The notes under the pieces are model-generated. The model was given only the letters and a program-made list of their open reading frames with translations, was not told where the DNA came from and did no database searches. Positions 19,401 through 27,156 of a DNA stretch of 64,000 nucleotides are shown in pieces. The translations under genes were made by a program, and so were the position numbers. The stretch is from Syntrophorhabdales bacterium. GTDB lineage: Bacteria > Desulfobacterota > Syntrophorhabdia > Syntrophorhabdales > WCHB1-27. Position 1 is the stretch's first letter. The number at the start of each line of letters is the position of its first letter. The stretch is taken from positions 4,021 to 68,020 of the forward strand of contig DATFYE010000027.1 of NCBI GenBank assembly GCA_035315185.1, read 5' to 3'.

Positions 19401-20090
19401 TCATTTGAGACCGCCATGCTGGAGCAGCAATTCTGCCGTCTCCTTGAGGTCTTTCTTCATCCCGGGTTTGTCAGGGAACACCAAGTTAAATGCATCCTTG
19501 CCCATCAATTTAGATGCCCCCTCGCGGCCCTCGAGAGCATAGCGCAACGGCGTGGCGCCGCAGTTGTCCTTCGCATTAACATCAGCTTTATGCGCGAGCA
19601 GCAAAGCTGCTACGTCTTTTTGGCCGTATATTGCGGCGATGTGCAGGGGCGTCGTGCCGGTATTGGCCTTGGCGTTGACGTTGGCGTTGTTGGCCAGTAG
19701 CAACGCTGCCATGTCCTTGTGCCCTTCCATAGCCGCAGCGTGCAAAGGCGTTATGCCGTAGTCATTCGCGACATTAACGTCGGCCTTATTCGCCAGCAGC
19801 AATTTGGCAACCTCTCTGTAGTCTTTCTGTGTCGCCACGTATAAAGGCGATAGGCCGAGGACGCCCTTAGTATTGACATCCGCGTGATTGGCCAGCAGCA
19901 ATGCCACCACATCCTTGTGGCCCCCGCCCGCCGCAAGGAACAAAGGCGTTGCCCCGTAGTTGTTCTTGCTGGAAATCAGGCGAGGATTGGCTCTGAGCAA
20001 GGCCTTGACCTTTTTCAAGTCACCATTCTTGGCCGCGTCGAGAATCTCGTTGCCAGCGGCGGGACCGCTCCCCTGCTGTCTGCTGACCTC
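19401..20090 (-). CDS. Ankyrin-repeat protein frame (-1 relative to the upstream DUF4124 ORF); no credible start of its own
   Basis: About 5 ankyrin repeats (G.TPLH.AA..GH.D...LLL...A.VN). The frame stays open upstream to the A-run (EVSRQQGSGPAAGNEILDAAKNGDLKKVKALL) with no ATG, GTG or TTG before the TTG at 20018. Confidence 0.7.
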   Translation of the reverse strand, partial: EVSRQQGSGPAAGNEILDAAKNGDLKKVKALLRANPRLISSKNNYGATPLFLAAGGGHKDVVALLLANHADVNTKGVLGLSPLYVATQKDYREVAKLLLANKADVNVANDYGITPLHAAAMEGHKDMAALLLANNANVNAKANTGTTPLHIAAIYGQKDVAALLLAHKADVNAKDNCGATPLRYALEGREGASKLMGKDAFNLVFPDKPGMKKDLKETAELLLQHGGLK

Positions 20091-20368
20091 TTTTTTTGGC
20101 CTGGCTGTGCGCCTTCTCCGTTTCTTGGTGGGGTCCTCCCTTTGCTTCTCAGGGTTGGTTCCTGTTGTTTGCCCGTTGGGCTATCTTCCCCAGCTTGGGC
20201 CGACTCTTTTTCGCCTTTCTGTGAATCAACTTCTGCCGGCGGCAGTGACGATGAAACTACGGTGTTTCCATCTTTGTCTTTCCACGTATAAACGGCTGGT
20301 GAGGCAGGCAGCGTAAAAAACAGTATCAGACAGAAAGTCGTTACGGTAATTCCAAGTCTCTTTCGCAT
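20015..20368 (-). CDS. Secreted DUF4124-like N-terminal ORF (0-frame product)
   Basis: 117 aa. Signal peptide, YTWKDKDGNTVVSS (DUF4124-like), then a low-complexity linker that ends 4 nt into the ankyrin ORF. Confidence 0.6.
   Translation of the reverse strand: MRKRLGITVTTFCLILFFTLPASPAVYTWKDKDGNTVVSSSLPPAEVDSQKGEKESAQAGEDSPTGKQQEPTLRSKGRTPPRNGEGAQPGQKKRSADSRGAVPPLATRFSTRPRMVT
20090..20096 (-). promoter_or_regulatory. A_AAA_AAG slippery heptamer (dnaX-type -1 frameshift motif, or a homopolymer indel site)
   Basis: Minus-strand codons are GGC CAA AAA AAG AGG. A -1 slip, or one extra A, joins the DUF4124 frame to the ankyrin frame. Confidence 0.4.
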
Positions 20369-20579
20369 TACACGGTCCCCCTTCTTGACACGCTGCGCGA
20401 AGGTGCTCTCAGATGGTTATCGCTGTATGAAGGCCGAACTTTAACTCGACAGGACAAAGAAAAAAGGGAGGGGAAAGAGGGAAAAGGCTACTTTCTTGGC
20501 CAGGAAGAAGCAAACGAAATTTGTCGTCAAGAAATTCTTAAAATCTTTTGCATCGCAAAAAACTCGCTTGCACTACTAC

Positions 20580-20683
20580 TAATACAAACGTAATAAATAA
20601 CCTGATATCACCCTCCTCCCTAACCCTCCCCCCTTGAGGGGGAGGGGAGGTGGGGGGTTAAATGAGTTAATGCGTTTGTATTA
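20580..20683. repeat. ~104-nt compound palindrome with a poly-C/poly-G core
   Basis: The outer arms are a perfect 11-bp pair, TAATACAAACG / CGTTTGTATTA. The centre is CCCTCCCCCC-TTGA-GGGGGAGGGG. The arms are built from CCCTCCT/CCCTAAC-type heptamers. Confidence 0.6.
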
Positions 20684-20940
20684 ATTGCTCTTATACACGG
20701 AAGTTCACGATTACCGCTTAAAAGGCGTTATTCGGTTGACAGCAAACGGATGCACGCTCATAGGAAATTAGCGTGTACGGCTCCCTTGTGCGGACATACA
20801 GTGTCGGAAGTGGCAAGGCGTCTTGTACTCACCCGTGGAGCGCAGACAGAGGCATAGCAGATTTCTCACAAAGGATGGGTTTTTGATTTTACCAGGACGT
20901 TTCGACCGAGTCACCGTCATGCATAGTGCGTGACGCCATC

Positions 20941-21705
20941 CTATAAAGAACCCCTCACTTTGTACATCTTGAGTCTCAGGTCTGCTATCTGGTTGTCTAT
21001 GGTCTCAACGTCCTGTTGCAGCAGCGCATTCTTTTCCTTAATGAACTGTACCTCGCTTTGCAATTCGAGGTTTTTCTGACAGCTGTATATATCCTCTTCT
21101 TGAATGACCGCGCTCTTTGGTTCTTCGCCAAGATATCGCGTCGGAGGGTCGATAATTGTATCAACTGTCCCGCATCTCGCTTCGTAGGTCGCGCGGTCCT
21201 TATTGAGGTCCCTCATCCTTTCCAGGTTCTTGTCGATGGAGGCTTTTTTCGTGGCCTGCTCCCTTTGAAGCCCTTCGATTTCTCTCCGAATCCGATAATT
21301 ACGTGTTTCATCCTCTTTTGCCACCTTTGTTTTGCTCCTGCCCTTATTGACAATGGCCTTATGCGCGCCTTCACGGTACGTGCTTATCCGCCCTGCTTTT
21401 TCAGACTCCGCCAAACTCGTGTCGTCTCTAAGGGCTGTGCAATAAGCGGAAAGCATCATCTGCTCAAGATACACCCTATCCGCGTCGGGCAGCTCTCTTA
21501 ATAGGTCATTGGCAATCGAGCGTGCCCTCACTTCTAATGCGACACCTTTGACCGGGCCTATTCGGCCCACTGCCACACTGACTTTGTGTTGACCATCTTG
21601 CGTCGCCTGAACGGGCACGCCAGGACAATCCAACGCGAAAGCCATGCAGCTTACGCTTAGAGCGGTGATAGTTACGGCAATGACAAGCCAGTAAGTTTTT
21701 ACCAT
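20941..21705 (-). CDS. Exported protein with C-terminal coiled coil, unknown function
   Basis: 254 aa. Signal peptide. The C-terminal half is heptad-rich and highly charged. Confidence 0.5.
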   Translation of the reverse strand: MVKTYWLVIAVTITALSVSCMAFALDCPGVPVQATQDGQHKVSVAVGRIGPVKGVALEVRARSIANDLLRELPDADRVYLEQMMLSAYCTALRDDTSLAESEKAGRISTYREGAHKAIVNKGRSKTKVAKEDETRNYRIRREIEGLQREQATKKASIDKNLERMRDLNKDRATYEARCGTVDTIIDPPTRYLGEEPKSAVIQEEDIYSCQKNLELQSEVQFIKEKNALLQQDVETIDNQIADLRLKMYKVRGSL

Positions 21706-22051
21706 TTTTCTTATCCCCCTTGCTTTGGCTCCGTCCTTGTTCTCTTGGTTACAATGAGGGCACTCCGTCTTTATCCAGATTTAGTACATTACGGAAGTGG
21801 AAACCCCCAAAGGAATTTTCGTCCTTCTTGACAAAAACGTAAGAGCGTTTAGTCTAGGCCATTCGCTGTGTCGTACTTGTGGTGTGCTTTGATGGCTAGG
21901 AGAGTCAGGCACGGAAAGACTTCCCTAGAGAAAGATAGGGCGTCTCTCGTTCACACAAAGAAAGCGGTTGCTGTGAGCAGGGAGGATGACGGTTGTCAGA
22001 TGTACTATTGAAGAATAAAGAGGCGCAAGAGAGGACGGCTCGGGAAGCAGA

Positions 22052-22078
22052 GGGGAGGCCTGAGTGCCTCCCCTTTTG
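22052..22078 (+). terminator. Rho-independent terminator (plus strand)
   Basis: GGGGAGGC-CTGAGT-GCCTCCCC followed by TTTTG. Confidence 0.55.
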
Positions 22079-22135
22079 CTGCTTGTCGTTTGCTATACAC
22101 GGGACTGCTCTCTAGGAGCGCATCCGCTGAGCCTG

Positions 22136-22348
22136 CTATTGGGTCTTCTTCGCCCCGGCGTGCCTCACGTTCCTGTGCAGGTCCGTCCGGTCAGCCCGAA
22201 GGTTCTGCCGGTCACGGTTGAGATTGCCCTCGTCAGTACGAATGTTCTGGCGGTCTTGACCGAGGGCAGCCTTGGTCATCGCGTGCCCGAAGGTGAAGAC
22301 GACCGTTGCTACCTGTTCCTCTCCCGGCCCATCAAGGCAAATGTCCAC
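22136..22348 (-). CDS. Small hypothetical protein with DRQN/DRTD repeats (start uncertain)
   Basis: It contains GQDRQNIRTDEGNLNRDRQNLRADRTDLHRN and lies downstream of the LTXXQ gene. No clear RBS. Confidence 0.3.
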   Translation of the reverse strand: MDICLDGPGEEQVATVVFTFGHAMTKAALGQDRQNIRTDEGNLNRDRQNLRADRTDLHRNVRHAGAKKTQ

Positions 22349-22421
22349 CGTGAGGTTCTCGGTCCCGGGATCGGTTCCGGTCCAAGAACGAAGCAGAGAG
22401 CGGACACCGCCGCTCCCAGTC

Positions 22422-22778
22422 TCACTGACCGTGCTTCTCGTCGTAGATCTGTCTGCTGACCTTATTCTCCTGCTGATTGAGCGTTCGCTGTTCCTGCTTG
22501 GTGATATGCCCGCCGTTTTGAGATGCCATATCCCGTTCTTCCTGCCGTATCTGCCGGTCCTCTTTGTGCAACTGGCCGGCCTGAGACTTGGTCAAGGTGC
22601 CATTTTTGACGCCCTGGTTAATCCGGCTATTTTGGTTGCCGAGCCGTTTATTGACCTCCGCCCGGCGTGGGTGGTTCTTCTGCCATGCTGTTTCGTCCGC
22701 ATGCACATACGATACCCCCGTGCTCATGATGAACCCAGCCGTAACCACGAGTCCTGCCATTTTCATTAGACCTTTCAT
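22422..22778 (-). CDS. Periplasmic LTXXQ-motif (Spy/CpxP-like) protein
   Basis: 118 aa. Signal peptide, LTKSQ and ITKQEQ motifs, and a Gln/Arg-rich helical sequence. RBS AAGGAGG. Confidence 0.55.
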   Translation of the reverse strand: MKGLMKMAGLVVTAGFIMSTGVSYVHADETAWQKNHPRRAEVNKRLGNQNSRINQGVKNGTLTKSQAGQLHKEDRQIRQEERDMASQNGGHITKQEQRTLNQQENKVSRQIYDEKHGQ

Positions 22779-22810
22779 GGATACATCCTCCTTTTTCTGT
22801 TTCGTTGGAC

Positions 22811-22827
22811 GGGTACCCGTGGGTACC
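22811..22827. promoter_or_regulatory. Tandem GGGTACC palindromic half-sites in the 5' leader
   Basis: GGGTACCCGTGGGTACC has a 10-nt phase and lies between the sigma-54 promoter (22868-22853) and the ATG at 22778. A near-identical site is at 24676-24694. Confidence 0.4.
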
Positions 22828-22852
22828 AGCCCATCCTTACCCGCTCACCCGA

Positions 22853-22868
22853 AGCAAAACACATGCCA
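22853..22868 (-). promoter_or_regulatory. Sigma-54 promoter candidate for the LTXXQ gene
   Basis: The minus strand reads TGGCAT-GTGTT-TTGCT with exact GG-N10-GC spacing, ~75 nt upstream of the ATG. Confidence 0.55.
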
Positions 22869-23588
22869 ACGGGCAGCGTGCGCGGAATGACAATAATTGC
22901 GTGGCGCGTTCACCCTGCCATCGTTCGGAGATCGACACTATGGTCGAGCCTGATGTGCACACTTCGACAATGCTGTCTCTGTGAAGGGCCCACTCGTTCT
23001 TTCGATGGCGCATGACACAATCAGCATACCTATACCTGGTTGAACGTGGAAAACTGGATCAAGGGCAAAGAATTCATCATCCATACAACCCGATTACGAC
23101 TACCGTCGGTGGCAGAGATACGCTGCCAAAACCGCACACCCGAATTCTCCTAGTCTGTGGAACACACCTGCGCCCGATGCAGTACCGTCTATTACACCAA
23201 AAGGGACGTGGACGTTATGGCACTAAGGGCAGCGTACCTCCTTGTTCATGCGCCCACACAGCGCGCCGCCGCCTCCGTTGATGAAACCGGTACGATAACG
23301 GTAAAACGTGGTGCCGGTATGGATGCCGCTCAAACCCCGGACAAGGCCGCCGTGGGGGCATCCCTAAGCCTCCATGGGCGTCACGTGCAGTGCCTCTACG
23401 AGGCTCTATTCTGACACCCATCACGACGGTCTGGCCTGGTGATTGAGGCAACGTGTTATTGATTGAGTTCATGCCGTTGCCCAGGCCGCGACGGTTTCGT
23501 CGAATGAACTGTCCTTTCCTCGACATTCTTGAACCGGCTGTTTTCCCCTGACCGTCACGACCGTCGGTACTTACAGCGCCTTACATAC

Positions 23589-23604
23589 TGGCACGGCTAT
23601 TGCT
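23589..23604 (+). promoter_or_regulatory. Sigma-54 promoter candidate for the 96-aa secreted protein gene
   Basis: TGGCAC-GGCTA-TTGCT is a near-consensus match, 70 nt upstream of ATG 23674. Confidence 0.6.
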
Positions 23605-23673
23605 TGGTGACGTTCACAGAGCATAGGTCCCGGAAGCGCATGCCGGGGAACCAAAAACAAGAAAGGAGGCGCA

Positions 23674-23964
23674 ATGAAAAAAGGTATCTGTATGGTGCTG
23701 TTAGGAGTGTTTCTTATGGGCGTGACCGCTCTCGTGGTCAGGACGGTAGGGGCCCAGGGGCCCATTGCGCGGGAGGCCGGCGAGCATCCCAATATAGCTA
23801 AGGCGATCGAGGCCCTCGAAGTAGCTATAGGCGACATGCAGCGGGCACCTCATGATTTTGGAGGACACAAGGCTAAAGCCATTGAGGCGAGCGAGAGGGC
23901 GATCAAACAGCTGAAACTCGCTCTCGCGTACCGGGCCCATGAGGATAGACCCCGTCACCCGTGA
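23674..23964 (+). CDS. Small secreted helical protein, unknown function
   Basis: 96 aa. RBS AAAGGAGG. Signal peptide. Two related helices (IAKAIEALEVAIGDM / KAKAIEASERAIKQL). Confidence 0.55.
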   Translation: MKKGICMVLLGVFLMGVTALVVRTVGAQGPIAREAGEHPNIAKAIEALEVAIGDMQRAPHDFGGHKAKAIEASERAIKQLKLALAYRAHEDRPRHP

Positions 23965-24041
23965 GAGGCTTAGCAACGTCCCGCGTATGGCGGCCTGGTA
24001 ATCCGGGCCGCCTTTCCTCCGCGCACTTGTGACTGCGTTGT

Positions 24042-24717
24042 TCAGAGATACGTAGCCCCTACCTGTGGTGACATCGCTTCAACTGACAAGGAAGTCGTAG
24101 CCGCGACGGTATGAGAGCGATTCCCATCTATCCACAGCATCATGCCCTTTATCAAGCTGCGCCAGTACCGCGTGCAATGTGCAACACATCGCTGGACCCA
24201 GACATTCAACAGGAAGAAAATTTGAACCGGACAGGTATTGAAAACACCCACAAGTCAACGCCTTGGGATAACTCCTGAGCCGAGCGATTGCCAGCCGAAA
24301 TGTAGATGATCAGCCTGTTGTCACCTGAGTCGCTCCTTGCAAGGCGGGCACATAGACATTGATTATTTTCTGATCCTTATACTTAAGACTCCCGGTGAAG
24401 GATTCAGGAGAAAACGTGGGATCGATCCTCAGGACTTCGGCAGCCTCGTGAACGTAGAATCATCTCGGCCAGGATTCTCCGAGTGCCCGGCGTGCGATCG
24501 TGAACTCCGAGCGCATGAGGACAGCCGTGTGGGGATTCCATGTTGACATGGTGTAATAGATGATCAGCTTGTCGCCCTCAACCTCCGTGAAGCGCTCGAT
24601 CATCTGGGGAGAGAAGCCGCTGCCAACTGTGGTATAAGGATCGTTCTGTGTCTGGGGACCAATCGTGGGACCAGCGGGTACCCGGTGGGTACCCGGAAGG
24701 TACACGCTTGAAGGCAA
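24042..24717 (-). pseudogene. Decayed gene remnant (frames broken by TGA codons and at least one frameshift)
   Basis: Protein-like segments lie in different frames and share a motif: EGDKLIIYYTMSTW and, in another frame, GDNRLIIYISAGNRS. No intact ORF longer than 85 aa is present. Confidence 0.35.
24676..24694. promoter_or_regulatory. Second tandem GGGTACC site
   Basis: GGGTACCCGGTGGGTACCC has an 11-nt phase. It lies ~30 nt downstream of a minus-strand TATAAT (24729-24724). Confidence 0.35.
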
Positions 24718-24724
24718 ATCGGTA

Positions 24725-25102
24725 TTATACGTCCAGGTCCAGTTCTACCTCATCACCGTCCTTAATGTCCAGTGCGTCCTTGAGATGCACGGGCGCGACG
24801 ATCTCCAGTATTTGCTCGGGATAATTCGGAACGAGCGGTATGATGACGCCGCAATCGTAGCGCCCGTTTATTCGGCCGCGATACGTCAGGGCGTCGCAGA
24901 AACCTTCCTCGCAGGAAGAAAGCCGGTCGGTCCCCTCTCGTACCAGTTGCCGCTGAATGGCCGGGTCCTGCACGTCAATATTGAGAGTGCCACAGAAGGG
25001 CGTGAATTTGAACTTCTCGCATATCTCGCGGTTCACCCAATCGATCGCGAGAAATTTTCCTGACTCGCCAAGACCCGTGACAACCTTACCCTTGATTTTC
25101 AT
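24725..25102 (-). CDS. ribK: Archaeal-type CTP-dependent riboflavin kinase (DUF120/RibK)
   Basis: 125 aa. KGKVVTGLGESGKFL...CGTLNIDV...IIPLVPNYPEQILEIVAPVHLKDALDIKDGDEVEL aligns with my recollection of Methanocaldococcus RibK (G.VVSGLGEG.YFL, GTLN, EIIAP..LR...LKDGD). Confidence 0.75.
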   Translation of the reverse strand: MKIKGKVVTGLGESGKFLAIDWVNREICEKFKFTPFCGTLNIDVQDPAIQRQLVREGTDRLSSCEEGFCDALTYRGRINGRYDCGVIIPLVPNYPEQILEIVAPVHLKDALDIKDGDEVELDLDV

Positions 25103-25111
25103 AGCAAACTA

Positions 25112-25216
25112 CCTGTTAGTAGTTACGAGTTACGGGCAGAAGCCTGTTACGAGCTAAGGGCAAAAGCTTGTAAACCCGTAACGATCCTTTCCTGTAACAG
25201 TTCTTGTTTGTAACGT
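25112..25216. repeat. GTTAC/GTAAC word array (heptamer-phased) in the ubiX-ribK spacer
   Basis: CCTGTTA GTAGTTA CGAGTTA CGG...CCTGTTAC... is followed by the complement words ...TGTAAAC CCGTAAC ...CTGTAAC...TGTAACG. Confidence 0.5.
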
Positions 25217-25225
25217 TTTCTATAT

Positions 25226-25825
25226 CTACTGCTTTTTCCCCTTCTCCCGCACGAACTTCACGTCACTCTTTGCCCCCCACCGCTTGAAGAGCTTCCCGTC
25301 GATAGAAAAAAGGTCGAGGACCTTGCCAATGGTCTGGTCGATCAAGTTGTCGATCGTCTTAGGCATGTGGTAAAAGGCGGGGGCTGGCGGCATGATGACT
25401 CCCCCTATACGCGTGACCTTTGTCATGAGTTCCAGATGACCTTCGTGGAGCGGTGTCTCGCGCACCACGAGCACGAGCCTTCTCCGCTCCTTCAGGGTTA
25501 CGTCCGCTGCCCTGATCAGAAGATTGTAGTTAAACGAATTGGCGACCGCAGAGAGTGTTTTAATTGAGCAGGGTATGACGACCATGCCGTCGGTTTTGTA
25601 TGAACCACTGGCGATGGCCGCTCCGATGTCTTCCACGTCATAAACCGTGTGCGCCAATGCTTCAAGATCAGCCGGAGCATACTCTGTTTCGATGAGTAGA
25701 TTCTTGATCGCGGACTGAGTCACAACGAGGTGCGTTTCCACACTGCATGCGGCCAAAGCCTTCAACATCCGGACGCCGTAGATGACCCCCGTTGCGCCCG
25801 ATATGCCCACTATGATTCTTGTCAA
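25226..25825 (-). CDS. ubiX: Flavin prenyltransferase UbiX (prFMN synthase)
   Basis: 199 aa. The N-terminus RIIVGISGATGVIYGVRMLKAL and overall UbiX/Pad1 pattern fit. It overlaps the upstream UbiD gene by 4 nt. Confidence 0.9.
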   Translation of the reverse strand: MTRIIVGISGATGVIYGVRMLKALAACSVETHLVVTQSAIKNLLIETEYAPADLEALAHTVYDVEDIGAAIASGSYKTDGMVVIPCSIKTLSAVANSFNYNLLIRAADVTLKERRRLVLVVRETPLHEGHLELMTKVTRIGGVIMPPAPAFYHMPKTIDNLIDQTIGKVLDLFSIDGKLFKRWGAKSDVKFVREKGKKQ

Positions 25826-27153
25826 CAGACACCTCCGACGGATTTAAGAATTCGTTCAACGTTCTTACGGCTTCCGGCGGCAACACAGGCCTTCTCCTCG
25901 AACGTCTTCCCCTGCGTCGTCGCATCAATTCCCATCTTGGCTACCCCAAGACCGTGCTCGGCCTGAGGGTCGATAGCTTGCGCGTGCAGGTCAGGTACGA
26001 TCAGAATGTCCCTGTCGGCGAGGCACCTGGTAACCAGAGCCCATTCTACATCCCTGAGATTGTGAAGGTCAACGTCTTCATCCACAATAACTGCTTTCTT
26101 TATCGTCTGAAAGGCGAGTAGTGAGAGCACCAGATTACGTATTCTCGATCTGTGAACCGGCTTTACGGAAAGCACGACTGAGGATCCGAAGGTTTTTTGC
26201 ACGAATGCAATATCGACGATGAATGGGAAGAGCTTTTTCACCGTTTCCTCTATGTGAGCCCGGCTGACGAAGGTGAGATACGTATCCCCTTCGAGGCTTG
26301 TCGGCAAGAGAGCATGATACATCGGCGACGGCTGGTAGGAGAGCCGATTCACCACCATGGTAGGGCTTTCCTTGTTTGTCATGTAGTAGCCGCTGATTTC
26401 ACCAAGAGGCCCGTCCTGTCTCACATCCGTGGGGTCGACATAGCCTTCAAGGTAAATCTCCGCACCTGCCGGCGCGTCGATTGGAGAATCGAAAGATTCG
26501 ATCACCCTGATACCTTTTCCTTTTAGGCCGCCGGCCACTTCAAGCTTATCTGTACCTGGCTGCGCCTTTAGCGCCATCGATAGAAAGAGAATAGGATCGA
26601 CGCCCACCGCCACGGTAACAGGCATCCGCTCCCCTTTGGCCTTGTGCTTCTTGTAAATATCGACCAACGGCGGATTGATGATCGCTATACCTATGCGATC
26701 CTTGCCCCGGTACTCCATCCTGTGGACGCCTCTGCCCACAACGCCCGTATCCGGATCACGGGCCGCGACAATACTTGTGGTTATGAAGGGAGCCGAATCC
26801 TTCTCATAGTGTTTCAGTATCGGTAGAAGCTCCAGGAGGTCTCGTCCTTTAACACTCACGGTTTCCAGTTTTTTTTCGACCCGCACCTTTTTGGCCCTTT
26901 TTTTGAGGCTTTCAAGAAAGAACTGATACGGGTTATCCGTGTCGAAGAGAAGGCGAAAGATCTCGTGCGACGGGACGAGGTTCGCAACAAGGGAGCAGGT
27001 GTATCCCTTGAGGTTCTTGAAGAGCAGTACTTTCTTTGTGTCGGAGAGTCTCTCGATCAATTCGGGAATGTCTTCCCGGGTGACCTGATCCTGGATTTCA
27101 AGGAGCAGGCCACGCTTCTTCACAAAAGTAATGTAATCGCGCAGAGAGTCCAT
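25822..27153 (-). CDS. UbiD-family (prFMN-dependent) carboxylase subunit, phenylphosphate-carboxylase alpha/beta-like
   Basis: 443 aa UbiD fold. It sits in a UbiD-small-UbiD arrangement followed by ubiX. Confidence 0.8.
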   Translation of the reverse strand: MDSLRDYITFVKKRGLLLEIQDQVTREDIPELIERLSDTKKVLLFKNLKGYTCSLVANLVPSHEIFRLLFDTDNPYQFFLESLKKRAKKVRVEKKLETVSVKGRDLLELLPILKHYEKDSAPFITTSIVAARDPDTGVVGRGVHRMEYRGKDRIGIAIINPPLVDIYKKHKAKGERMPVTVAVGVDPILFLSMALKAQPGTDKLEVAGGLKGKGIRVIESFDSPIDAPAGAEIYLEGYVDPTDVRQDGPLGEISGYYMTNKESPTMVVNRLSYQPSPMYHALLPTSLEGDTYLTFVSRAHIEETVKKLFPFIVDIAFVQKTFGSSVVLSVKPVHRSRIRNLVLSLLAFQTIKKAVIVDEDVDLHNLRDVEWALVTRCLADRDILIVPDLHAQAIDPQAEHGLGVAKMGIDATTQGKTFEEKACVAAGSRKNVERILKSVGGVC

Positions 27154-27156
27154 AGT

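Noticed and set aside
22349-22424. Possible selenocysteine read-through of the TGA ending the LTXXQ gene
   Set aside because: Read-through adds only 29 Arg/Pro-rich residues (DWERRCPLSASFLDRNRSRDREPHGGHLP) before another TGA. There is no redox motif and no homolog context.
24252-24462. Three consecutive in-frame TGAs in the 24042-24717 region as Sec codons
   Set aside because: There are no CxxC/UxxC-type contexts, the segments need an additional frameshift to connect, and the region has no credible start. Pseudogene decay is the simpler explanation.
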